From NCBI GenBank assembly GCA_051859245.1, contig JBHYGA010000001.1, positions 992,001-1,056,000 of the forward strand: a stretch of 64,000 nt of DNA, written 5' to 3'. Of the stretch, positions 47,501 through 57,100 are shown piece after piece (within the stretch, counting starts at the first letter, position 1; each line of letters opens with the position of its first letter). The notes beneath the pieces are model-generated. The model did not search any database, was not told where the DNA came from, and saw only the letters and a list, made by a program, of their open reading frames with translations. The translations under genes were made by a program, and so were the position numbers. The stretch is from Gemmatimonadaceae bacterium (lineage in GTDB: Bacteria > Gemmatimonadota > Gemmatimonadetes > Gemmatimonadales > Gemmatimonadaceae).

Positions 47501-48060
47501 CGAAAGCCACCCGTGCGCAGCGTATCGGCGACAAATCGCCAGACGCCGCCGTTCGCGTGCGTGAACACGCGCGAGCTTTCCGTGCGGATCGCAGAGTCTG
47601 TGGGGGTGAATACGGTGACCGGCGCGGCGACACCCGATGGTACGCCAGTGATGGTGAACGCCAGCGCCGATGGCACGGGCTCATATCGCACCACGGCCGT
47701 TGTTGGCGGCGCGCCGCTGACCACCGTCGCGCTGATCGTTGACGGGTTCGACGCATAGGTGCCGGTGGCGGCGCGTACGGGAATCACCGTGATGGTGTAG
47801 CTGCCGCCTGGCAAGTCACTCCAACTGGTGGTGCCCGTGGCCGCTCGATTGATGCCGGGTCCGCTGAGCGTGATACTCGCCGGTACACCGGGCAACCCTT
47901 CAACCGTGAGGATCAGAAGGCCGGGCGGCTGCGGCTGCGCCGCTGGCGGCGGTACCGTTGGTGGCGGACCCACAACGGTTTGCGTATCGCCGCCGGAACA
48001 GGCAGCGAGCAGGACAATCGCGAACGGCAGAACACCGCGAAGCATGGGCAGTCGGATCAC
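44581..48060 (-). CDS. Lipoprotein metzincin peptidase (M66-like) on a stalk of ~7 Ig-like repeats
   Basis: Lipobox LLAAC; seven ~85-aa G.L.V...GLP.G....TL.GP repeats; AHEWGHNFSRGHAPC and DIMSY Met-turn. Confidence 0.85.
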   Translation of the reverse strand: MIRLPMLRGVLPFAIVLLAACSGGDTQTVVGPPPTVPPPAAQPQPPGLLILTVEGLPGVPASITLSGPGINRAATGTTSWSDLPGGSYTITVIPVRAATGTYASNPSTISATVVSGAPPTTAVVRYEPVPSALAFTITGVPSGVAAPVTVFTPTDSAIRTESSRVFTHANGGVWRFVADTLRTGGFRYAPVPASAEASVLFGDTARLNVNYTLASGAIAVAVSGLPLGLDAQVRVRGPNAFARAIAASATVTDLAPGTYRVTALPVSGQGVTYHPLPDSTEVTVSASLVASPANVAYAAQVGRLTVTTSGLPPNAVPTLTLTGANSVRTLNGATTLDSLPVGSYQLTAASFIADNVKYTPALVTQNVVISTGATTAVNVAFSVVPTVVAIPVTGLPDGVNASITLTPPAGAAQSVTRTTHIAPAAVGIWRVLATSVTSAGATYVPTPPTAQGTATAGDTLRLPVHYTISTGSLAINVSGVPNGIAAGITVTGPNNFSQGVSSSTTLTQLTPGTYIISASSLSHLGATYTPTPLTQQRLVSASAQPVTVSVSYGQASGSIAIAASGLPPGITPTFTLTNASGTQQVFGAQTVSGLSPGSYTVSASMHNSGGSTYTPSPSAANVNVVANTSVPVSFTYAASGGLNYFISHVHVTQATQRLDGSVELVAGRDALLRVFVRSTVANTAQPAVRVRVYDGATLLQNATIPAPESSVRLSDAQSVLQSSWNLAIPAANMRPGLRVLAELDPTGAFPDGNAADNVWPAGGTPQAIATRNVPPFTVRFVPVVTGALSGNVTIANHQQFLVTLRQLFPVNAVVTDVRAPFTSSVTELDANNASGWSTLLSEMNALRTVEGAPDQHYYGVVATNYNSGIAGYGYVPGLTAIGWDKMPSGDNVAAHEWGHNFSRGHAPCDVGGAPGYPYPGGVIGQIGWNASTNTLVQSNATDIMSYCDNNWISDYNWSAVLQYRGTQPRVSASRAASAPSASTEGLLVWGRIVNGRITLEPAFRVRAPVATTFTGTHRAELLDNTGAALQAVFFSAERVDHITDRDERHFAVVVPWTASLESRLATVRVREAQSSRASVLQSAVARATVRPDPESRVTSVSSNSARISWNSAAYPMAMVRDATSGQIMGFVRRSGDSVVTNGRRLELVFSDGVRSVVRQ

Positions 48061-48139
48061 AGAGAGCTCGGTAGAGGGCTACCTCTCAGACGAGTCTCAG
48101 CGATTTGGGCCACGCGGTGTTACATGGGTGGCACGAGTG

Positions 48140-49147
48140 TCACGCCAGCGACCTGCGACGCCATGTTGCGAGCAGTGCTACGCACAACAGCATGGCATTC
48201 GCGGTCCACATGGCGACAAACGGTGACACAACGTGTCGATCGGCGAGGGTTTCGCCGGTCATGAGCAACATGTAGTACATGCCGATCACCGCGACGCTCG
48301 CGAGCACCACGAGTACTGATCCGCCGCGTGGCAGGGCAAACGCGATTGCCATGCCAGTCATCGCAAACACGAGACAGGCGGCGGGCAGCGCGGCCTTTTT
48401 GTGTACTTCCACCTCGAACATCGACGCGCGTGTGCTGACTGTATCAACAATCCGCGCGTTTCGCGCGGCTTCACGCAGCTGACCGAATGTCATTTCGCGT
48501 TCGCCCCTGCCAACTGGTGTGCCGGCGAAAACTTCGCTCAACCGGTGATTTGTTCGCGGCACAAGCTCGGCGGTAACAACGAACGCGAGTGCCGTTATGC
48601 CCGTGGCGGCCAGCAGCACCGGTTGGACAAGGCGACGCACTCCATGGCGAGTTGCTCGCGCTGCGGCGAGTGTGCCGTTTGCACCCAGTCGCGTGAACTG
48701 CACAAGCACGGCAAGCAACACTGCGATCGGAATGGTCAGCGCAGCGTTAAATGGGATCGCCAGAAGCAGCACTTCCGGGATCGTGCCCGACGCGCCCCGA
48801 GCAGAAAGCATCGGTATGATGTGCCGCGCATACAAACCAACGAGCGCCAATGTGAAGAGCACGAATGAAACCGCGAAAGATGCCGCGAGACCGCGCAGCA
48901 GCTCATGCGATGTTGGCAGTGGCGTATTCGGATCAAACTTGTCGCTGGGTCGCACGCGTTCGTACGCCGCACGCACGAGTACATCCCACAAGCCGCGCAG
49001 AGTTGCAAGCACAACGCGTAGTGACCCGTGCTCACGTGCCTGATCAAGCTCGCGTTGAAATGACCGCTCGATTGCGGGTGACTGTTTGCTCTGCAAATCG
49101 GCAGGCAACAATCGCAGCACTGCTCGATACAATTGCGGCGCGATCAT
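48140..49147 (-). CDS. LptF/LptG-like membrane permease with PadR-partner-type N-terminal domain
   Basis: LTIPIAVLLAVL..F.RL, EREMT..QL, EVHKKAALPAAC, G..LA......P..AMW.AN; ATGA overlap with padR. Confidence 0.75.
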   Translation of the reverse strand: MIAPQLYRAVLRLLPADLQSKQSPAIERSFQRELDQAREHGSLRVVLATLRGLWDVLVRAAYERVRPSDKFDPNTPLPTSHELLRGLAASFAVSFVLFTLALVGLYARHIIPMLSARGASGTIPEVLLLAIPFNAALTIPIAVLLAVLVQFTRLGANGTLAAARATRHGVRRLVQPVLLAATGITALAFVVTAELVPRTNHRLSEVFAGTPVGRGEREMTFGQLREAARNARIVDTVSTRASMFEVEVHKKAALPAACLVFAMTGMAIAFALPRGGSVLVVLASVAVIGMYYMLLMTGETLADRHVVSPFVAMWTANAMLLCVALLATWRRRSLA

Positions 49148-49464
49148 GCGCCCCCCAACGCCAGTCGCGTACGCGCCACCCGAGCGAGTGACTGCAGTCG
49201 CTCGGCTTCGCGTTCCAGTGCGGCGCGTCCTGAGGGGGACAGTCGGTAGAATCGCTCTCGTCCTGAGATGCCTTCCGGGCGATCGTCTTCGGCCACTTCT
49301 TCAAGCCATTGTTGCTCGACGAGTTCTTCGAGCGAGCCGTACAGTGTAGCCGGCCAAAGGCGCACGCTCCCGTCGCTGAGGGCACGCACGTCGTCTTGAA
49401 TCGCCGAACCGTATCTCGGTGCGGCAGAGACGGAGAGCAGGATGAAGAAGTGGTGGGGCTTCAT
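49144..49464 (-). CDS. PadR-family transcriptional regulator
   Basis: ILLS....PRYG..I, L.PATLYGSL..L, R.FYRLS..GR. Confidence 0.88.
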   Translation of the reverse strand: MKPHHFFILLSVSAAPRYGSAIQDDVRALSDGSVRLWPATLYGSLEELVEQQWLEEVAEDDRPEGISGRERFYRLSPSGRAALEREAERLQSLARVARTRLALGGA

Positions 49465-49491
49465 CGGACGGGTCGAAGTGGCGGAGGGTAG

Positions 49492-49524
49492 ATACTATGA
49501 AAGCATACTATTGAGCAATAGTAT
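49492..49524. promoter_or_regulatory. Probable PadR operator (two overlapping palindromes)
   Basis: ATACTATTG-AG-CAATAGTAT (49505-49524, perfect) and ATACTATG-AAAG-CATACTAT (49492-49511, one mismatch). Confidence 0.7.
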
Positions 49525-49727
49525 ACCTCGCAAGTACCTGCGCGCACTTCGACGAACTCCACCGGTAGCATGCCTGCATCCTTGAGTGTTTGCCGAGACG
49601 CAAGCACGCGCGCCTCCGCTGATAGCGCGGGGTCAACGCTTGCGCGGACTCAGCGCCGGCGACTGTAACAGATCTGCATCAGAACGACGCTGGCCGTCAC
49701 GCTTCGCGTTCAACGCTAATTTTCGGC

Positions 49728-50426
49728 ATGCAAACGGCCACGCAGTCCATGCTGAATACCTCTACGCTGATCGAGTTTTTGATCAGTCTGGTGAAGTTCT
49801 GGCAGATCATCGTATTCATGTTTGGCGCGTATCAGTTCTGGGCGAATCGCCGCGAGCGTCTGGCTGCTGACAAGGTACGCGAAATTGCCGAGCGCACCGA
49901 TACCAACTATCAGGCATGGCAGGTGGTCAACAGTGCACAGGGGAAAGGCGGGAGCGGCGGACGTATCGATGCACTAGCCAATCTCGTCAGGAATGATCAG
50001 TCGCTGGCGGGCGTGAATGTGGATGGGGCGTGGCTCGTCGGGATCGACCTGCGCGGGGCAGATCTCGCCTCTGCCAGCTTCAAGGAGGCCAATCTGCAAG
50101 GCGCCAACCTGTCAGCTGCCAACTTGAAGGGAGCCAACCTCGAAGGCGCGAATCTTGCGGCCGCCCAACTCGATGGCGCGATCCTCCAAGGCGCCAATGT
50201 GAAGGGCGCGCGCATGTCGGCCGCGTCGCTGCTCGGCGCCGATCTGCACGATCTGATCGGCTGGCGCGACATCGCGAGTGTCAACTACGCGAGGGTGGAA
50301 AACGTGCAGCGCGCGCCGCTGGGGTTTCGCGAATGGGCGCTCAGTGAAGGTGCCGAGGGGGGCGATCTCGCCAGTCGGGAGTCGTCGCCCGAGAGCTCCT
50401 ACTCCACGCAGTTTCGCGCCATCTAA
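49728..50426 (+). CDS. Membrane-anchored pentapeptide repeat protein
   Basis: N-terminal TM segment; A(D/N)LxG repeats. Confidence 0.85.
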   Translation: MQTATQSMLNTSTLIEFLISLVKFWQIIVFMFGAYQFWANRRERLAADKVREIAERTDTNYQAWQVVNSAQGKGGSGGRIDALANLVRNDQSLAGVNVDGAWLVGIDLRGADLASASFKEANLQGANLSAANLKGANLEGANLAAAQLDGAILQGANVKGARMSAASLLGADLHDLIGWRDIASVNYARVENVQRAPLGFREWALSEGAEGGDLASRESSPESSYSTQFRAI

Positions 50427-50581
50427 CGATCAACAGGCGCGGTGCCATGTGATGCGCGGACGGCACCAAAAGGCCTCCGCGTGCACTTACCTGCATACGC
50501 TCGTACTTCGGCGCCTCGCGTGAACGGTTGATGCGGTGACACTCACCGCAGACACTTCATCATCTATCCGGAAGCCTGCTC

Positions 50582-50929
50582 ATGGAAACCGCCGTTGCAG
50601 CCGCGCAGGTGATCGTCGCGTTGTCCGTCCTGTTTGTGTGGATCGTCCGGCTCCCCAATGTCGAGCAGGAGTTTCGCGAATACGCGCTCAGTGATGTTAT
50701 GCGCAACTTCGTTGGCGCCACCAAAATCTCGGCTGCGGCGCTGCTCCTGGCGGGGCTGTGGTATCCTGGCTTGGTCTTTCCGGCGTCGGTCGTCATGGCC
50801 TTCTTCATGATCTGCGCCCAGTTCTTTCACTACAAGGCCCGGCACCCGGCCTCGAAATACGCAGCTTCACTGCTACTGCTGCTGCTCTCATTGTTTGTTG
50901 CTTATGCGTCGCGCGGCAGCGTGCTGTAG
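50582..50929 (+). CDS. DoxX-like membrane protein
   Basis: 115 aa, 4 TM, EF.EY.L, H.KA. Confidence 0.7.
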   Translation: METAVAAAQVIVALSVLFVWIVRLPNVEQEFREYALSDVMRNFVGATKISAAALLLAGLWYPGLVFPASVVMAFFMICAQFFHYKARHPASKYAASLLLLLLSLFVAYASRGSVL

Positions 50930-51277
50930 ATGTCTTTGTTCTTGATCCTGACCGTGCTGTCAGGCGTGTCATTTCTGGTGTACGGGGCAAGCTGTGTGTT
51001 CAGCAACGCGATGATGCAGGAGTTTGATCGCTTTGGTCTGGCGAAGTTTCGCGTGCTCACCGGCGTGCTCGAGTTACTCGGCGGAGCGGGGTTGTTGCTT
51101 GGCCTGTTGTACCTTCCGGTGCTCTGCCTCTCGGCGTCCGGGCTCGCCGTGTTGATGCTGCTTGGCGTAGGTGTGCGCGTGCGGTTGCGCGACGGTGTGT
51201 TGCTCACGCTGCCCGCGCTGCTGCTCATGATCGTGAACGGCTGGATTGCCGTTGAGGCGTGGCGGCGAATCGTGTAG
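50930..51277 (+). CDS. DoxX-like membrane protein
   Basis: 115 aa, 4 TM, EFDRFGL..R.LTG.LELLG..GLL. Confidence 0.75.
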   Translation: MSLFLILTVLSGVSFLVYGASCVFSNAMMQEFDRFGLAKFRVLTGVLELLGGAGLLLGLLYLPVLCLSASGLAVLMLLGVGVRVRLRDGVLLTLPALLLMIVNGWIAVEAWRRIV

Positions 51278-51279
51278 CG

Positions 51280-52221
51280 CTACGCCGGAAACAATCCCGT
51301 GCTCAGGTAGCGATCTCCACGGTCGCAGATGATAAAGACGATCGTCGCGTTGCTCACTTCTGCAGCGACGCGCAACGCGATGACCAAGGCACCAGCAGCT
51401 GATGGGCCGCAAAAGATTCCCTCTTCGGCCGCCATTCTACGCGCCATCTGCTCGGCGTCTGTCTGCGACACCTGCTCTATGCGATCCACACCGTTCGCGT
51501 TGTAGATACGCGGTTGATACGGCGGCGACCATTTGCGAATGCCGGCAATTTGTGAACCTTCGGACGGTTGCGCACCAACAACTGTGATCGATGGATTCTG
51601 TTCGCGCAGAAAGCGACCGACGCCCATGATGGTGCCCGTCGTGCCCATGGCGCTGACAAAGTGTGTGATGCGCCCACCGGTATCGCGCCAGATTTCGGGG
51701 CCGGTAGTGTCGTAGTGCGCGCGCGGATTGTCGGGATTGGCAAACTGATCAAGTACGCGACCCTCGCCGCGCTGTTGCATTTGTGCCGCGAGATCACGCG
51801 CATATTCCATACCACCGTTGGCCGCGGGGGTCAGAATCAGCTCGGCGCCATACGCCGTCATCGAAGCGCGGCGTTCGGCACTGAGATTGTCGGGCATGAT
51901 CAGCGTCATGCGGTAACCGGTCATGGCCGCGATCATCGCCATAGCGATACCGGTGTTGCCGCTGGTGGCTTCGATCAGGCGGTCCCCAGGCTTGATCTCA
52001 CCACGCGCTTCGGCACCGCGAATCATTGACAGCACCGGGCGGTCTTTCACAGAACCGCCGGGGTTGTTGCCCTCGAGTTTTCCGAGAATGACCGTGCCGT
52101 TGGCCTGAATAGCGGGGTCGGGAATACGCTGCAGGCGGACGAGTGGCGTGTTGCCGATCGTTCGATCGATGCTTCGGCTGAGCGTCTGCGCGAACGCATC
52201 GCTGGCGCTGGTAGAGGACAT
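51280..52221 (-). CDS. cysM: Cysteine synthase B
   Basis: IGNTPLV, KLEGNNPGGSVKDR, EATSGNTG, MGTTGT, GIRKW, CDRGDRYLSTG. Confidence 0.93.
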   Translation of the reverse strand: MSSTSASDAFAQTLSRSIDRTIGNTPLVRLQRIPDPAIQANGTVILGKLEGNNPGGSVKDRPVLSMIRGAEARGEIKPGDRLIEATSGNTGIAMAMIAAMTGYRMTLIMPDNLSAERRASMTAYGAELILTPAANGGMEYARDLAAQMQQRGEGRVLDQFANPDNPRAHYDTTGPEIWRDTGGRITHFVSAMGTTGTIMGVGRFLREQNPSITVVGAQPSEGSQIAGIRKWSPPYQPRIYNANGVDRIEQVSQTDAEQMARRMAAEEGIFCGPSAAGALVIALRVAAEVSNATIVFIICDRGDRYLSTGLFPA

Positions 52222-52381
52222 AGAGTGCCGAGGGTACGTGGACAAGAGGCGGAACGAATCCCTGTCCTTTCGCAACGCTTGATGTCACGCCAGGGTTGCC
52301 AGCTAGTCCCATTGAGCAATAGCGGCCCCGGACCTTCGAAGGCGATGATGAAGCTTCACGAAGTGCAACCCCAGGAGTTCG

Positions 52382-52900
52382 ATGCTCGAAGACGATGTCG
52401 CGACCGCAGACGCACGTGAAGCCGCTCGGCTTGAGGCAATGAAGGCGGATGTGGGCCGCGAAGTGCGCGCCGAGATCGGAGGGCAGGCCGCGGTGGCATC
52501 TCCCGGAGATCGCGCGCGTGTATCGGAAGTAGCAGCCGGCATGCGACAGTCTGCGATCAACGAAACCGTGCACGCCGACCGGAAAATTGAGCACGCCCGA
52601 ACCGCCGCTCGCGGTTCACAGTTCCTGGACTACGCGTTCTACGTGCTGTACACGCTGCTCGGCGTGCGGCTGATTCTGGCGCTAATTGCCGCGAACTCAA
52701 ACAACGGGTTCGTGCAGTTCATCTCGACGATCACGAATCCGTTTTATGCGCCCTTCCGTGGGATTGTAGAGAGTCCCACCACCGAAGCTGGTAACACGCT
52801 CGTATTCCCGATTGTGATTGCCATGGTGGTGTACGCCATTGTTCACGTGGCGATCAACGGGTTGTTGCGCATGGTAGGCAATCGGAAAACGTCGATCTGA
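52382..52900 (+). CDS. YggT-family membrane protein
   Basis: AGGAG RBS; R..L.L..AN..N.FV.FI..IT.PF.APF.GI. Confidence 0.75.
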   Translation: MLEDDVATADAREAARLEAMKADVGREVRAEIGGQAAVASPGDRARVSEVAAGMRQSAINETVHADRKIEHARTAARGSQFLDYAFYVLYTLLGVRLILALIAANSNNGFVQFISTITNPFYAPFRGIVESPTTEAGNTLVFPIVIAMVVYAIVHVAINGLLRMVGNRKTSI

Positions 52901-52986
52901 TTCGCCGGTGGATCGACGGCAGGCGGTCACTGCGAATCACCAATACGCAGTGGGCGCGCGGCGAGGTGTGGGGATAGCTTTCCAGC

Positions 52987-53862
52987 ATGATCGATCCTCA
53001 TCTCCTCATTGTCGATGCCCAGTCACTCGCGGCGCGCGCGGCGCATGTCGCTGCAGGTGATGTCAACAACGGCGTGCGTCTCTGGTCTCAGATGGCGCGC
53101 GGCGCGGCGCTGGACGTTGGCGCCACGCACCTGGTGGCTGCATGGGATCACGACGGCCCAACCTTCCGGCACGCGCTATTCCCTTCCTACAAGCACAGGC
53201 GCACCGGCGGCATGCGATTACGCGTGACGCCGATTCGTGAAGGCGTGGAAAGAACGGGAATCACGAGCGTCAGCGTACCCGAGTTTGAAGGCGATGATGT
53301 GGTGGCCTCGCTCATGGCGAGGTTTCGTGCCGAAGCCCGTGTAACGCTGTTATCGAACGACTCGGATTTGCTGCAATTCATTGCCGACGATGTTGATGTG
53401 GCGACGTATGTGGGCGCGGGCAAGGGCGCTAATGGTACGCGCATCAAAGTCTGGAGTGACGCCGATGTGATGGAGCGGTTTGGTGTGCCTCCCGCCAATC
53501 TTTCCGCGTTCAAAGCGCTGTGTGGTGAAGAAGGCGACGACATTCCGGGCGTAAAGAGTATCGGCAAGGGGACTGCCGCCAAGTTGCTGCGTCGTTGGAA
53601 AACAATCGACAAGGCAATCGAGGCCTGCGAGTTTGTCAGTGCGCGCGATGAAACGTCCAAACTGGCGGGACAGGCCGCACACATTGCGCTCATGCTGCAA
53701 CTCACCACGATCCGACAGGATGCGCCGCTGCCAACGTTCGAGTTCGCGCAGTGCGCGCTGGCGAACGTTGGCTGGCCCAGTAACTCCGCCGCGCGTAGCG
53801 CGGACGTCGTGACGCGCGTGGCCGCCGGACCGGGACTAGAGGACGTGCCGTTCCCAGAGTAG
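52987..53862 (+). CDS. Stand-alone 5'-3' exonuclease / flap endonuclease (PolA N-terminal-like)
   Basis: LIVD, AWD, YK..R, EGDD, SNDSDLLQ, H3TH GEEGDDIPGVKSIGKGTA. Confidence 0.88.
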   Translation: MIDPHLLIVDAQSLAARAAHVAAGDVNNGVRLWSQMARGAALDVGATHLVAAWDHDGPTFRHALFPSYKHRRTGGMRLRVTPIREGVERTGITSVSVPEFEGDDVVASLMARFRAEARVTLLSNDSDLLQFIADDVDVATYVGAGKGANGTRIKVWSDADVMERFGVPPANLSAFKALCGEEGDDIPGVKSIGKGTAAKLLRRWKTIDKAIEACEFVSARDETSKLAGQAAHIALMLQLTTIRQDAPLPTFEFAQCALANVGWPSNSAARSADVVTRVAAGPGLEDVPFPE

Positions 53863-53875
53863 CGGCAGAAGGCCG

Positions 53876-54142
53876 CTACACAAACATGGCGGGACTGATT
53901 TCCAGCGAGACTTCGGAAATTCGATGAGCGGGAATACCACTCCGACGCGCGTGCTCCAGTACGGCTTCCGGGTTGGGCGCAATGTACTCACAATAGATCT
54001 TGCCTTCGGCGTCGGACACGTAGCTCTTAACCCAGACCACCTCAGGCATATCTGCGAGCACGGCGTTCGAACTGCGGCCCGCAGCGGCGAGCTGTTCCGG
54101 TGTGAGTTGACCAACATTGCGTTCAATGATGTAACGCGGCAC
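53876..54142 (-). CDS. DUF4242-family small protein
   Basis: MPRYIIER, W..SYV...KIYC.Y.AP..E....HAR.SG.PA.RI.EV; GGAG RBS. Confidence 0.85.
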   Translation of the reverse strand: MPRYIIERNVGQLTPEQLAAAGRSSNAVLADMPEVVWVKSYVSDAEGKIYCEYIAPNPEAVLEHARRSGIPAHRISEVSLEISPAMFV

Positions 54143-54175
54143 GAGGACTCCAGGGTGAAGAGTGTTCCAAGAGGA

Positions 54176-57100
54176 TCAGGAAAGGGATACTGCGTGCAAC
54201 AAGCCCGGTTCATTCAGTTCCTGCGCGATCTCTCGCGCGGCTGCAGCGGCTTTCGCAGCCCCAGCGACATCATTCAGCAATGTGTTCGCGTGAGCGAGTC
54301 GATGCTGCATCCAGCCTTCACCACGTCGATCCGCGAGATCAACGCGGAGCAGCAACGACTGCGTGAAGCGTTCGCGCGCCTCTTCAAGTCGTCCGCTGGC
54401 GATGGCCACGTCACCAAGCGTAGCGTACGCGTGCGCGCGCAATTGCAGCTCACCGGTTTGCTCGGTGACTCGCACCGCCTCCACGAGTGCCGTGCGCGCT
54501 TCATCCCATCGTTTGAGCTGATGCAGTGATGCGCCAAGACTGTTCAGAATCAGCGCTTCGTGCACGCGGTCTGCATTTTCGCGGCAAAGTCGCAGCGCAA
54601 CCTCATAATGGTTCACGGCTTCCCGATACTCGCCGCGCTGCCAGTGCACGATACCGAGGGCGTTGCGCACCGTCAGCTCACGCTTGCGATCACCCACACG
54701 CACGGCGAGCGCGAGTGCGTCTTCGTATCGCGCGATAATCTGTTCGGGCGCGACATCGAGCTGTCGCTCGGCACGCGCGAGCCCGTCCAGCGCTTCGGCC
54801 TCTCCGGCCGCGTTGCCCGACGAGAGATGCACCGCACGCGCACGTTCCCAACTGTCGCGCGCCTGCTCCGGCTCGTGGAGTCGTTCGTAAGCCAGGGCCA
54901 GTCGACGCCACATCATGGCGGTATTGACGTGATCCTCAAGCTGCGCAAAGAGCTCCGCCGCGCGACGCAGATGCGGCAGGGCCTCAGACAACCGGCTGAG
55001 CCCCACCAATACCTCACCGAGTGATCGACTGGCGTGCGCCGAGCCTTCTGCGAAGCGTGCCTTCAGGTTGATGTCGAGCGCCTGCTGATACGTGGCGAGC
55101 GATTCCTCTACCAACCCCTGCTGCAACTGAATGTGCGCGATAGCGGGCAGTGTGAATGACGAGATCACTGGATGGCGATGTTCGAGGCCGTCGTTCATAA
55201 GCCGATGAAAGTATTCGAGCGCACGATCGTAGTCGCCGAGGTCGCGATGCACGGTGCCGATCACGTTGAGCAGTGCACCGTAGCGTACGGGATTGTCAGT
55301 CGCGGCCGTACGTTCCAGAGCGGCTTCCAGCACGGTGAGTGCTCGCGCCGAATCGCCCATCGCGCGCAGGATATTGGCCATGGTTGCCAGGTCGCCGGCT
55401 TCCGCACGCGTATCCGACGCTTCCCGGCCGAGCTCCAGCACGCGCTCGATGATGGCCAGCGCATCGGCATGTCGTCCTTCATGTGATCGGAGCAGGGCAA
55501 TGCTGCGTAATGCGTTGCGCTCACCGGCCGAATCAGCGCGTTCGTTGGCAATGTGTAGCGATGTCTCCAGGGCCCGCTCCGCCGATTGAAATCGGCGCAG
55601 CAACGTGAATGCATCTCCCTGTCGCAAGTACGCCTGCGCCAGTCGCTCCGACGGACCAAACGGCGCCAGCAGCGCAATCAATCGCTCCACCAGTCCCAAC
55701 TGACGGTTCCGCATGCCGAGTGTCTCGGAGAGGCGCTCCTGTCGAAACAGCACGTCCGCTTCGAGGTCGCGCCGCGAACTGTCGTCTGGCATGCGCGCGA
55801 GCCAGCGCTCAACACGTTCGAGCGTATGCAGTGCATCCGCGTTCTGATTAAGGTCCATGGTGCGATCAGCAGACTGCAAACCGTAGTTCACGGCTTCGGC
55901 CCACGACTCGGCACGTCCAAAATGATGCGCGAGTTTATCGACGTGTGATTCCAACCGGCCGGCATAGCGCGCTTCGATTGCCCGACCAACCGCCAGATGC
56001 ATGGACGCACGCTGATGCTCAAGCAAACTGTCGTACGCGACTTCCTGCGTCAGTGCATGCTTGAAGCGAAAGAGGGGCTCCGGCACGACACCGACTTGTT
56101 GCACCAGACCAGAGGCTTTCAGTCGTTCGAGGGCCTGCGGCAGTGCATCGCGCGATTCATACACCGCGTCAAGCACGCCGCGTGCAAAATCTCGACCGAT
56201 CACTGAAGCAATGCGTACCACATCAAGCGCGTGCACGTCAAGCCGATCAATGCGCGTGCGCAGCACGGCTTGTACAGTCTCCGGTACCAGTACTGTTCCT
56301 GTGTCACCCGAGGTGGTGGCCACACCGTCGAGTACCGCCACCGCACCGACTTCACGCAACGCTTCGCACACTTCCTCAAGGAAGAACGGGTTGCCGCCCG
56401 TCCGCTCATGCAGCTGTTGCGCGAGTTCCGGGGAGATATGCGACGCGCCGAGTACCCCGCACGCAATCGCCCAGGTGGCGGCGCCGTCGAGTGGCGTGAG
56501 ATGCAGCACACGCAGGTGATCCGAACTCCCCCACTCGATTGTTGCATCGGGCCGCGAGGTCGCGACGAGCATGAGAGGAGAGTTGGCCAGAATTTCGGAC
56601 AGGTTGCGAAGTGCCGCTCGTGACGCTTCATCCGCCCAGTGCCAGTCTTCCAGCAGCAACAACGTTGGCTGCGCGTGCGATCCCACGGTGAGAAGTGCGG
56701 CAATCGCGTCGAGCATGGCGCTTTGCAGGAGCTCGCCACGCAACTGTTCGGGCACAGGATACGCTGCACTTGGTATGGAGAGCAGCGCGAGCAAAAGCGG
56801 AAGGAACTCTTCGAGTGAGCGATCAATCGCGCGTGTCGAGAGCAGCAGGGCTTCGTGGCGCTCGGAGGGTGTTCCGCCTTCCGGCATCGCGAGTGCGTCG
56901 GCGATGGTTTCGATAAACGGTGCGAATGGGGTACTTCGGGCGTACGCATCGCAGTGCCCCACAAGCACTCGGACATCCGACGCGAAGGCGCCCGCGCGAA
57001 GCTCTCGCAACAAACGGCTCTTGCCAACACCTGCCTCGCCCACGATGGCGGTGAAGCTCCCGCTCCCCTGACGCACCGCCGCAAGTCGGGCCAACAGTTC

